Source: Nitrospirota bacterium
GTDB lineage: Bacteria > Nitrospirota > Nitrospiria > SBBL01 > SBBA01
DNA: 56,118 nt
Direction: 5' to 3'
Assembly: GCA_038059935.1 (NCBI GenBank)
Contig: JBBTIN010000005.1
Coordinates: 1-56,118, forward strand
Shown here: piece after piece, positions 37,127 to 45,643 of the stretch
Layout of the letters: every line of letters starts with the position of its first letter
Position numbering within the stretch: position 1 is the stretch's first letter
Notes under the pieces: generated by a model
The model's input: only the letters and a program-made list of their open reading frames with translations
Told to the model about the DNA's origin: nothing
Database searches by the model: none
Program-made: the position numbers and the translations under genes

Positions 37127-37190
37127 CCGCGACTAACAGGAGCGGGGATAGACTGCGAAGCAGTCGTTATCGGAGTGGCCGTCGCCGCCA
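37127..37190 (+). repeat. Stop-abutting element (GACTAACAGGA variant plus GACTGC-GAA-GCAGTC hairpin)
   Basis: CCGC-GACTAACAGGA-GCGG, ATAGACTGCGAAGCAGTCGT; ends at the ybaB stop. Confidence 0.75.
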
Positions 37191-37514
37191 CTAGAACAAT
37201 CCAGGAATTTGAAGCCCTCCGGTCAGACCCTTCATCTCTTCTGCCATCAATCCCTGACTTTTTCGCACCCCTTCATTCACCGCTGCAATAATGAGGTCTT
37301 GCAGCATATCAATATCCCCTGATTTTACAATCTCCGGATCAAGTACAATCGAAAGTAGATTTTGCTTCCCGTTCATGCGAACGACGACCATGTTTCCGCC
37401 GGAGGACGCCTCGATTATTTTTTGAGCCGCCTCGTCCTGGCTCTTTGCCATCTTCTCCTGAAACGCCTGCGCCTGCTTTAGAATATCACCTAGCATTTTT
37501 TTATTGGACATCAT
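37191..37514 (-). CDS. ybaB: YbaB/EbfC nucleoid-associated protein
   Basis: KQAQ, SGGNMV, DMLQDLIIAAVN, IPGLF; follows dnaX. Confidence 0.93.
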   Translation of the reverse strand: MMSNKKMLGDILKQAQAFQEKMAKSQDEAAQKIIEASSGGNMVVVRMNGKQNLLSIVLDPEIVKSGDIDMLQDLIIAAVNEGVRKSQGLMAEEMKGLTGGLQIPGLF

Positions 37515-37530
37515 TCACTCCCTATTTGCC

Positions 37531-39204
37531 CTATTTAATTGTTGCACCACTAAATATTTTTAACGCCTCTTTTACAAAAAGATTGTCCTGCTCCATTCCC
37601 GCAACCGGCACACGTTCCAAAATGGAAGCCCGCAAATCCAATTCCAAATCCCGCTTAAAATAATTTTTCAGAAGTGGCGCAAGCACTTTTTTATTCTCCT
37701 CCTTCTCAATTAGAGAGATTAAAAAAGAACTCTCTTCCGAAAATTGGAGTTGAATCGTTTTCTCTTCAACCTTTTGTAAAGCGCCTTGATCCAAATAAGA
37801 GGCGAGATTTGGCCGCGCCTTCTTGACCTCTTGTAAGAGTGCTTTCCATAAATCCGCGTCATTTTGTAGGGGCGAAAAACCTTTTGCCCCATCATTGGGC
37901 AGGGATGTCGTCGCAATTTCCGATGGACGTGGAGACAAAAAACTTTTCGTCTCGGATCGGGGAGGGGACAGCGTTGTTTGCACGGGTAGGGGCATGTTGC
38001 GTGTTGGTTTTGTGTAATCATGAGGCAGGGATGTTTCTTTGGGCGAAAAGTTTTTCGCCCCGACCACAGGGTTCGTCATCCCCTGAATCTCTGCGATGAC
38101 TTGTTCGATGGGTGTGAGATCGGCAATTAAAATCGCGCGCATCAGGGCGACTTCCAGCAACAGGTGGGGACGCGGCGCGTTTCGAATATCCTCTTGCAAT
38201 CTTATAAAAATCGAAAAGAAAGATTGTAATACTTCATGAGAGAAAAGCGCACTCTCCTTTTCAATCTCCCTTTTTTCTTCGTCGGGAAGATCAATCAGAT
38301 GATCCGCCGACTTCACATTTTTCATCACAATCAGATGCCTTAAATGCTCGATCCAATCCGTCAGAAATTGACGAAGATCGTATCCGTTGTTTTCGATTTC
38401 GCGCGCCAGAGAAAGCAGGGCTTCCGCATTTTTATCAGACATGGCGGCAATCAACGCATGAAAGGTGTTTTCCGCTGCGCGTCCAAAAAGAATCGAAATG
38501 TCTTCTTCCGACATGTGATCTTTGGCATAGGTCATGACCTGATCGAATAACGAAAGGGCATCGCGCAGGCTGCCTTCGGAGGCCTTTGTAATGAAGGTGA
38601 GAACATGGTCGGGCATCTCTTTATTTTCTTGCAATAAGATTTTTCTCAACTGGGTCTCAATTTCAACGCGCTTCACGCGGCGAAAGATCAGATGTTGGCA
38701 GCGGGAAAGAATGGTCGTCGGAATTTTATGCGCCTCTGTTGTGGCCAAAATAAAGACCAGATGCGACGGGGGCTCTTCCAACGTTTTAAGCAGCGCGTTA
38801 AACGCCGCATTGGAAAGCATGTGGACTTCGTCAATGATATAAACCTTGTATTTTCCGGAAAGCGGCAAATATTGAACCTTCTCCCGCAGGTGATGGACAT
38901 CTTCCACATGGGTGTTGGACGCGCCGTCTATTTCAATGACATCCACAGAGCGATTGGCAATAATCTCGCTGCAGGAGGAACAAGCATTACAAGGCGGATT
39001 TTCGGTGCTGGTGCAATTGATGGCTTTGGCGAGGATGCGCGCGACAGAGGTCTTGCCGACACCGCGTATGCCGGAGAAGAGATAGGCCTGTGCGGCCTTT
39101 TCTCCAGAGACGGCATTTTTTAGAATACGGATGAGGTGTTGCTGTCCGACAACTTCTTCAAAGGTTTTAGGACGCCATAGGCGCGCTGAGACTTGAAACT
39201 GCAC
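37531..39204 (-). CDS. dnaX: DNA polymerase III subunit tau/gamma
   Basis: RPKTF, GIRGVGKTS, zinc module, EIDGASN, IIDEVHML, LLKTLEEPP, SRC. Confidence 0.96.
   Translation of the reverse strand: MQFQVSARLWRPKTFEEVVGQQHLIRILKNAVSGEKAAQAYLFSGIRGVGKTSVARILAKAINCTSTENPPCNACSSCSEIIANRSVDVIEIDGASNTHVEDVHHLREKVQYLPLSGKYKVYIIDEVHMLSNAAFNALLKTLEEPPSHLVFILATTEAHKIPTTILSRCQHLIFRRVKRVEIETQLRKILLQENKEMPDHVLTFITKASEGSLRDALSLFDQVMTYAKDHMSEEDISILFGRAAENTFHALIAAMSDKNAEALLSLAREIENNGYDLRQFLTDWIEHLRHLIVMKNVKSADHLIDLPDEEKREIEKESALFSHEVLQSFFSIFIRLQEDIRNAPRPHLLLEVALMRAILIADLTPIEQVIAEIQGMTNPVVGAKNFSPKETSLPHDYTKPTRNMPLPVQTTLSPPRSETKSFLSPRPSEIATTSLPNDGAKGFSPLQNDADLWKALLQEVKKARPNLASYLDQGALQKVEEKTIQLQFSEESSFLISLIEKEENKKVLAPLLKNYFKRDLELDLRASILERVPVAGMEQDNLFVKEALKIFSGATIK
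37866..38064. repeat. Cluster of four REP-like units inside the dnaX coding sequence
   Basis: GTAGGGGCGAAAAACCTTTTGCCCC (37866), GTGGAGACAAAAAACTTTTCGTCTC (37929), GTAGGGGCATGTTGC (37986), GGGCGAAAAGTTTTTCGCCCCGAC (38041). Confidence 0.7.
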
Positions 39205-39247
39205 CGTCTTTTACTATGCGAGATATAAAAAACGCGCTCTCTTTTGT

Positions 39248-39354
39248 GGAGAGGCCAGATGATCCCGCGGCACCTAGAAGGGCTTACGGACCGTTGCTTC
39301 CTTCCGGATCTGGCGGGGTTAATAAGTTTCTACTGCACAGGGTCCAGCCCCTCC
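39248..39354 (-). ncRNA. ffs: Small signal recognition particle RNA (4.5S)
   Basis: Minus strand CCAGATCCGGAAGGAAGCAACGG helix-8 motif in a long hairpin; canonical position upstream of dnaX. Confidence 0.92.
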
Positions 39355-39382
39355 AAAAAAGAGAGTGCACAAACCGACGGGA

Positions 39383-39411
39383 ATAGTATCATGCTTCCAA
39401 TCGGGAATCAA
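39383..39411 (-). promoter_or_regulatory. sigma70 promoter of ffs
   Basis: Minus strand TTGATT-N17-TACTAT. Confidence 0.6.
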
Positions 39412-39426
39412 CGCATCTTCCAGACG

Positions 39427-40233
39427 CTACTTCTGCTTTCTTACCGCAAGGCGGTCATAAAGCGCGTCTCCCAATAAATTAAATGACACCACCACAATGA
39501 TAATCATGATTCCCGGAATGATGACCAAATGCGGCGCAACAAGCAGAAACGATTTGGCATCACTTAACATCCCGCCCCAACTGGGCATCGGCGGAGCAAT
39601 TCCAAGCCCCAGAAACGAAAGAGAAGATTCCGCGACAATCGCATGACCCACCCCAAACATCGCCTCAACAAGAACCGGTGCAAAAACATTCGGAAGAATA
39701 TGCCGAACGATCACCCGTGAAGGGGTCAGGCCAAGCGATATCGCCGATAAAATATAATCTTCCTGACGCACCACCAAAATCTGTCCACGAACAACGCGCG
39801 CGTAACCACCCCAGCCCAAAATGGATAACGCAATAATAATATTGATCACGGACGGGCCTAATACCGCAGCCATGACAATCGCCAGTAAAATGCCCGGAAA
39901 CGACAAGACAATATCCACTAAACGCATTAACAGTGCATCCACTTTTCCACCGCAAAACCCGGCAAGAGAACCCACGAAAAGACCAATGGAAACGGAAATG
40001 ACCGTTGCAATAATGCCAACTCCCAACGAAACGCGTCCGCCATGGAGGACACGACTCAAAATGTCTCGGCCTAATTTGTCTTGTCCTAAAAAGTGAGAGG
40101 ATGAAGGGGAGGATAAGCCCTGTTCTAAATTGATTTGATCTGGAGAATGAGGGGAAAGGATCGGAGCAAAAACCGCCGACACAAAAAGAATGACTAAAAA
40201 AAAGCAACCGATAATGAAGCCTATATTTTTCAC
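39427..40233 (-). CDS. Peptide/nickel ABC transporter permease (DppC/NikC-like)
   Basis: LGQDKLGRDILSR, SFPGILLAI, RHILPN, LSFLGLG..PSWG. Confidence 0.92.
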   Translation of the reverse strand: MKNIGFIIGCFFLVILFVSAVFAPILSPHSPDQINLEQGLSSPSSSHFLGQDKLGRDILSRVLHGGRVSLGVGIIATVISVSIGLFVGSLAGFCGGKVDALLMRLVDIVLSFPGILLAIVMAAVLGPSVINIIIALSILGWGGYARVVRGQILVVRQEDYILSAISLGLTPSRVIVRHILPNVFAPVLVEAMFGVGHAIVAESSLSFLGLGIAPPMPSWGGMLSDAKSFLLVAPHLVIIPGIMIIIVVVSFNLLGDALYDRLAVRKQK

Positions 40234-40242
40234 GATAGGCTC

Positions 40243-41166
40243 CTATGTTTCATATCGCACCCTCGGATCGGTGATGACATACAAAATATCTACTAGCAAA
40301 TTCACCAGAAGATAGGTGAATGCAACGGCAAGAACACACCCTTGTACCAATGGATAATCGCGGCTAAAAATCGCTTGGATCATTAAACGCCCCAGTCCCG
40401 GCCAGGAAAAAATGGTCTCCGTAATAATAGACCCCGTCAATAACGCGCCAAATTGCAATCCTAAAACGGTGATCAATGGAATGAGGCTGTTGCGAAAAAG
40501 ATGTTTGAAAATCACAACGCGCTCGGGGAGTCCTTTTGCCCGTGCGGTGACCATAAATGTTTTTTCCATGGTATCGAGCACGGATGCACGTGTCATTCTA
40601 ATTAAGATTGCGGCCATACCGATTCCCAGCGTCAACGCTGGCAAGATGAGAGAGAGAACCCCTTCTTTGCCAGAAACGGGAAGCCAATTTAATTGAAGCG
40701 AAAACAGGATAATCAGAAGTGGCCCAAGACAAAAATTTGGCATGGAGACACCAAAAAGAGAACCAAGAAGAATCGTCTGATCCCCGATGCCTCCTTTCTT
40801 GAGTCCGGAAAAAATACCGAGCGGAATGGCCAAGGCAATTGCAATGATCATTGCAGAAATGGCAAGCAACAGTGTCGCCGGATAGCGGGACAAGAGAATA
40901 TCCATCACCGGCTTCTTCATGCTGAACGACTCGCCCAAATCGCCCGTTGCCAAACGCAATATAAAATGACCGTATTGTTTGAGGATCGGCTCGTCCAGAT
41001 GAAGCGATTCTCGGAGGTGGACGCGATCTGCGACGCCTGCCGTCTCTCCAAGCATGAGGTCAATGGGGTCCCCCGGAATCAGGTGAATCAAGAAAAACAC
41101 AGCGGTGACCACACCCAGCGCAACGGGCAAAATCCAGAGCAGTCTTAAAAAAAGATAGCGTGCCAT
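40243..41166 (-). CDS. Peptide/nickel ABC transporter permease (DppB/NikB-like)
   Basis: IPGDP, GDLGES, TARAKGL, ETIFSWPGLG, RDYP, DPRV. Confidence 0.92.
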   Translation of the reverse strand: MARYLFLRLLWILPVALGVVTAVFFLIHLIPGDPIDLMLGETAGVADRVHLRESLHLDEPILKQYGHFILRLATGDLGESFSMKKPVMDILLSRYPATLLLAISAMIIAIALAIPLGIFSGLKKGGIGDQTILLGSLFGVSMPNFCLGPLLIILFSLQLNWLPVSGKEGVLSLILPALTLGIGMAAILIRMTRASVLDTMEKTFMVTARAKGLPERVVIFKHLFRNSLIPLITVLGLQFGALLTGSIITETIFSWPGLGRLMIQAIFSRDYPLVQGCVLAVAFTYLLVNLLVDILYVITDPRVRYET

Positions 41167-41167
41167 C

Positions 41168-41392
41168 TCATTCCCCGATCATCGCAATAAAACGTCGTCC
41201 AAACCAAATAACGACTCCGACAAGAATAACGACATAAAAAACAAAGACGCCAAAAAGAACAGGCCGCGCACTAAAAAGAGAATAGCCCACAGAAATGGTA
41301 ACGGCCGCAACGATGAGACACCCGATTGCAAAAACCAAGAAAATCGGCTTCTGCCATTTTGCAAAAAATAGTTTCGTAAAGTCTTTCGGCAA
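41168..41392 (-). CDS. Small two-TM membrane protein
   Basis: 74 aa, two hydrophobic helices, AAGGA RBS, ends 1 nt before the permease start. Confidence 0.55.
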   Translation of the reverse strand: MPKDFTKLFFAKWQKPIFLVFAIGCLIVAAVTISVGYSLFSARPVLFGVFVFYVVILVGVVIWFGRRFIAMIGE

Positions 41393-41447
41393 TGCTATTT
41401 CCTTAACACCCCCCTACCCCCCTTGCTCGGGGGGAATGAAGCGTGTT

Positions 41448-42509
41448 TCATTTTTCCAGTGTCCAGTATTGATAGGCCAAATGAGGATTCCACATGGCCC
41501 CCGTCGCCGACATCACGGCATCCACACCCAAATCAAAAAACTGCCGAACATGATCCGCCGTCATCACGCCGCCCACTCCGATAATCGAAAAGTCGTATTT
41601 TTCTTTTTGCCTTAATTCAATAAGTCGGCTCGCCTGTTCCATCGCACAGCCCCGAATCGCCGATCCGCAGACACCGGAGCGAAGCCGTCCCGGCAACGCG
41701 GGATTCCCATGGGTATCCACGACTTCAAACGAGAGCGTATTGAGTCCTGAAATGGCATTGACGTAAGGGGCATTTGCCTTGGCAACTTGAGATAATTTTC
41801 CCTTGTCTCTTAAATAGCCTATCTTCATGATAAGGGGTCCCGTTCCAATCGCCTGTCTCACTGCCTTTGAAATGTTTGAAGAAAAAACAGGATCGGCATA
41901 AATGGACCCCTCACCCGTCTCGACATTCGGACAAGAAAGATTAATCTCAATGATATCGGCACCTGCTTCTACGGCAAGCGATGCCCCTTTTGCGTAGTCG
42001 GCCACCAAATCGCCCTGTTCAGGCGTGCCAGAGACGCTCACAATCAATACCTGTCCCGGCTTGATCCCGCGGCGAGCAATTGCAACATCCTCCTGCCAAA
42101 TTTTCGGATCTCGCGATGGCATTCCAAAGGAATTGGTAATGCTAATATCCTCTAAAGCAGATGGCGTCTTTGGTGTTGCGATGAGCCGTTTTCCAAAATC
42201 GTTTTCTAGCAGTAGCCCTGCAGGTTCCAAAAAAACACAGTTGGGGGTCGGATGACTTGGAGTCGCAACGGTTCGGACGGTTTTATAAACCAGCAGATCA
42301 AATCCCAACGCGGCGTAATCTAAAATCCATTTGGAATTTAACAGTGGCCCCGCCGGGATTCCCAAACGAGAGTGCACGGAAAATCCCAGAAAGTTTTGTT
42401 TTGGATGTGAGTCGGAAAAGGGAGCGACAGTAGGTAATGTCGTTATGAGAGAAGGCCCCTTTTGGTAGTTGTCCTCATAAGAGGCCGTGATGTTGTATGT
42501 CCCGTGCAT
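41448..42509 (-). CDS. Dihydroorotate dehydrogenase-like FMN TIM-barrel oxidoreductase
   Basis: PAGP, YKTV, NSFG, EINLSCPN, NTL, GVGGV. Confidence 0.8.
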   Translation of the reverse strand: MHGTYNITASYEDNYQKGPSLITTLPTVAPFSDSHPKQNFLGFSVHSRLGIPAGPLLNSKWILDYAALGFDLLVYKTVRTVATPSHPTPNCVFLEPAGLLLENDFGKRLIATPKTPSALEDISITNSFGMPSRDPKIWQEDVAIARRGIKPGQVLIVSVSGTPEQGDLVADYAKGASLAVEAGADIIEINLSCPNVETGEGSIYADPVFSSNISKAVRQAIGTGPLIMKIGYLRDKGKLSQVAKANAPYVNAISGLNTLSFEVVDTHGNPALPGRLRSGVCGSAIRGCAMEQASRLIELRQKEKYDFSIIGVGGVMTADHVRQFFDLGVDAVMSATGAMWNPHLAYQYWTLEK

Positions 42510-42535
42510 TAGATTTTGGTTTGTGTGTCTTCAAA

Positions 42536-42751
42536 TCAAACGAGTTTCTTTAAGGTTTCAACCGTCAGGTCTGCTTTTTTTAGGATATTATTAAGAGTCC
42601 CTTTTTTCACTTCTTTATGGTTAGGGACAATGACCGTGATACTTTTTTCCAGATGATGCAAGAAGATGTGGCTTCCTTTCTGATGATCCATCACAAAGCC
42701 GATGCGATGGAGGGCTTTAACAACCTGCCTTCCTGAAAATGTTTTGCTCAA
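42536..42751 (-). CDS. hicA: HicA-family mRNA interferase toxin
   Basis: [26 protein letters not shown]. Confidence 0.9.
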   Translation of the reverse strand: MSKTFSGRQVVKALHRIGFVMDHQKGSHIFLHHLEKSITVIVPNHKEVKKGTLNNILKKADLTVETLKKLV

Positions 42752-42963
42752 ATAGCGACCTCGACTTCTCTGATGGTTAGGTTCGGTTTTGTTTTAATCT
42801 CATTTAATTTTTCAAGTCCCTCAATGTAGCACACGATGGCTTCCCTTGCATTTTCAAGTGCTTCTTCCATCGTGTCCCCTTGCGTAAAACAGCCATCGAG
42901 TGCCGGAACAACCACGTTAAAGCCTCCCTCATCCGCTTTATCCAAAACGATATTAAACTTCAT
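42748..42963 (-). CDS. hicB: HicB-family antitoxin, short form
   Basis: [32 protein letters not shown]; GGAG RBS. Confidence 0.9.
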   Translation of the reverse strand: MKFNIVLDKADEGGFNVVVPALDGCFTQGDTMEEALENAREAIVCYIEGLEKLNEIKTKPNLTIREVEVAI

Positions 42964-43029
42964 TTTCTCTCCTACTTTTATTTTGTTGTACAGACTCACC
43001 CTCTGACATAACAAAAAAGGATGTCTTTA

Positions 43030-43112
43030 TCGCGGCCAACGGGGCAAGCACCTTGCGAGGAGCAAGCATAGACTGCGAAAGCAGTCGTCCCGCAGGGGGG
43101 GTGCTACCCCCC
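43030..43112 (+). repeat. Composite stop-abutting element
   Basis: GGCCAAC-[GGGGCAAGCACCTTGCG]-AGGA, ATAGACTGCGAAAGCAGTCGT, and a G-rich hairpin spanning the reductase stop. Confidence 0.7.
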
Positions 43113-45560
43113 TTTCTCAATGACCAGTTCGTAATGACTATCGGGACGCCTTACCAACTCTAAAACTTTATGGCCCTCTGCTTTCACCGATCGGGGAACA
43201 TTATCTTTCGGCGCGCCATCATCAATAATCACCTCTAAAATTTCACCGGTCTCCATCTCTTCTAATTGCAGTTTTGTCTTTACAAAATTCATTGGACAAG
43301 CGACACCCGATAAGTCCAGTCGAACATCTACTTTCCTACCTGAAACATTAGAGACGGCGGACGCATTTGATTCCTGCGGCACTTTGTCCTCCTTCTTTCT
43401 CAATTTCATACTCGCGTCCATTTGGTCATACGCGGCTTTGCATTCGGCGATCACAAGACCGGCCAACGCAAGCGATGATAAAACGGCATCGGAAGAAACA
43501 TCAAACACCGTCCATTGTCCGAGACCTGCGGTCAGTTTTTCAAATTGCTCCGAGACAATGCCTTGCTCGACTAATTTATGTTGAAACTCTTTTAAGATTT
43601 CCCCTTCCAGTTGAGAATCAACCCCAAACGGAATCAACAACGCGCGGCAAGAAAGCAGGATCGCATTTTTCATTCGTTCAATAGCCGACTCCATGTTGCC
43701 ACGACGCACTTCCAATTGAGCCATTTCAAGCGACTGCGCACTGGTTCGAAGATAATTTTCAATGAGATCAATCACCGTTCCCGCACACTCGCCTGGCCCT
43801 AAATCATCTAAATGAAAATCGCTCTCGGCATTGTAATCATGGTAGGACGAAGGAGAGTCCGCGGGCAGCGGGAGCGCCGTCAACACGATCAGTTGATCCG
43901 AGATCACATCGGCCCCATAACGCTTTACAAACGGATTAAACAATTCTCCATCAAGACGATTTTCGCTATAGATTTGGACAATCTTTGTGACCGCTTGCGG
44001 AATATTTTTTGCAGGCAATTTAATTTTCGGCTTCCCCAGTGTCGGAGAATCGGCATTGACCCCGCCGCCTAAATGCAGTTGATAATGCGGTGCCAATTTT
44101 CCATGCACCTTTTTGGCCACACCGTGAAAACCAATCCCTGCAATATGATGATGCGCACAGGAGTTTGGACAGCCAGAGATACGAATACGAAGACCGCTAT
44201 CCGCGATTGCATCGGCTTCATTTTTCCCAAATTCATTCACAATCGCGTCGCCCAATCCCATTGAAGAAGTCAATGCCAACTGGCAAGTGTCGGCACCGGG
44301 ACAGGCAATCACATCAATGGCCCTTTGCGCGCCAGGATGGGCAAGGGAGATTTGTCGCAACGCTTCATAAAGACTCGGCAGCGATTCTTGCAAGATGCCA
44401 TGCAGAATAAAATTTTGCTGATGCGTCGCGCGAATCTCGTGAGGGACAGCGTGTCCTGCGGGCAGAAACCGATCTACAATATCGGCTAATCCTAAAAGTT
44501 CGGGCGCGGCAATATCTCCGAGCGTGAGTCTAATTTCAACCGATACCCGTTCTCCGGGCATAAAAAGAACATTGGTTCGCATCCATTTTTCATAGTCGGT
44601 CTCATCAGCTGATGCGATTCTTTTTTGCGCTGAATCGCTTGGTAATACAAAAAGAGGTTTTGTTGCAGGCTCCGGAAGATCGGGGTAGACGTTCCCCATC
44701 TCCTTTAAGAGCGCGATTTCTTTGGCGACCTCTGCCTTAAACTTTTCCAATCCCCATCGCTCCAGCACAAATTTCATTCGTGCCTTGCTACGGGTCTTTC
44801 GATCTCCATTGGCGTCAAATATTTTTAAGATGGCCTCACAGGTTGGCAATACCTCTGAAAACGGCAAAAACTCCGAATACAGTTTTGCAAGCTTTGGACT
44901 GGAACCCAAGCCGCCTCCCACATAAACCTTAAACCCGTACGCCACGCTTCCATCCGCAGGGGACGTTCCCCCTTTAGGACGACTCTCTGCGATAAAACCG
45001 ATGTCGTGAATGGCTGCCATTGCGCATTCGCTCTTGCATCCTGAAAAGGAGATTTTGAATTTTCGAGGTAAATCGGCATTGATCGGATTTCTCAAAAGAT
45101 GATAGGCCACCTTTTCCGAGATCGGCGCGACATTAAACGTTTCTGTATGACAAGCACCGGCCAGATGACAGGCCGTCACATTGCGAACTGTATTGCCGCA
45201 GGCCTCTCGTGTTGTCAGCCCCACTTCTGCAAGTCGCGTAAGGATGGTCGTAATATGATCCAATTTTACGAAATGAAATTGGATGTCCTGTCGGGTTGTG
45301 ACATGACATTTTCCGGTGGAGTATTTCGTGACAACATCGGCAAGGGTTCGTAGTTTTTCGGCGTTTAAGAATCCAGATGGAATCTTAACGCGAACCATCT
45401 GAACGCCCTTTTGCCGTTGGCCGTAGATGCCTTGCTGCAGTCGAAATTTCTTGAATTTCTCTTCTGGGATTTCTTTGTTTTGAAGTCGTTTAACCTCGCG
45501 GCCAAACGCTTCAATTTCTTTGAGGACTTCTTCTGGGATTGTAACCATAGGGGGCATCAT
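43104..45560 (-). CDS. Siroheme nitrite/sulfite reductase fused to a helical (HEPN-like) domain and a C-terminal TusA/SirA domain
   Basis: GIYGQR, TTRQDIQ, CGNTVRN, LPRKFK, ACPGADTC, SGCPNSC; C-terminal LDLSGVACPMNFVKTKL. Confidence 0.88.
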   Translation of the reverse strand: MMPPMVTIPEEVLKEIEAFGREVKRLQNKEIPEEKFKKFRLQQGIYGQRQKGVQMVRVKIPSGFLNAEKLRTLADVVTKYSTGKCHVTTRQDIQFHFVKLDHITTILTRLAEVGLTTREACGNTVRNVTACHLAGACHTETFNVAPISEKVAYHLLRNPINADLPRKFKISFSGCKSECAMAAIHDIGFIAESRPKGGTSPADGSVAYGFKVYVGGGLGSSPKLAKLYSEFLPFSEVLPTCEAILKIFDANGDRKTRSKARMKFVLERWGLEKFKAEVAKEIALLKEMGNVYPDLPEPATKPLFVLPSDSAQKRIASADETDYEKWMRTNVLFMPGERVSVEIRLTLGDIAAPELLGLADIVDRFLPAGHAVPHEIRATHQQNFILHGILQESLPSLYEALRQISLAHPGAQRAIDVIACPGADTCQLALTSSMGLGDAIVNEFGKNEADAIADSGLRIRISGCPNSCAHHHIAGIGFHGVAKKVHGKLAPHYQLHLGGGVNADSPTLGKPKIKLPAKNIPQAVTKIVQIYSENRLDGELFNPFVKRYGADVISDQLIVLTALPLPADSPSSYHDYNAESDFHLDDLGPGECAGTVIDLIENYLRTSAQSLEMAQLEVRRGNMESAIERMKNAILLSCRALLIPFGVDSQLEGEILKEFQHKLVEQGIVSEQFEKLTAGLGQWTVFDVSSDAVLSSLALAGLVIAECKAAYDQMDASMKLRKKEDKVPQESNASAVSNVSGRKVDVRLDLSGVACPMNFVKTKLQLEEMETGEILEVIIDDGAPKDNVPRSVKAEGHKVLELVRRPDSHYELVIEKGG
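44444..44462 (+). repeat. RCG-loop micro-hairpin, in-frame within the reductase
   Basis: GGACA-GCG-TGTCC-TGCGGG; encodes PAGHAV. Confidence 0.7.
44953..44971 (-). repeat. RCG-loop micro-hairpin, in-frame within the reductase
   Basis: Minus strand GGGGA-ACG-TCCCC-TGCGGA; encodes GTSPAD. Confidence 0.7.
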
Positions 45561-45643
45561 ACCCCGCTATGATTTATACGGTCAATAGACTCATCCGGTT
45601 TCAGAGCGTGTAATCTGGGTTTTGAGGAAGGAGGGGCTGTTTT

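Noticed and set aside
37531-39204. E. coli-type A AAA AAG programmed frameshift in dnaX
   Set aside because: I did not find a correctly phased slippery heptamer in the linker region by eye.
39665-40207. 180-aa overlapping minus-strand ORF and similar alternate-frame ORFs
   Set aside because: They lie inside well-supported genes and show no recognisable motifs.
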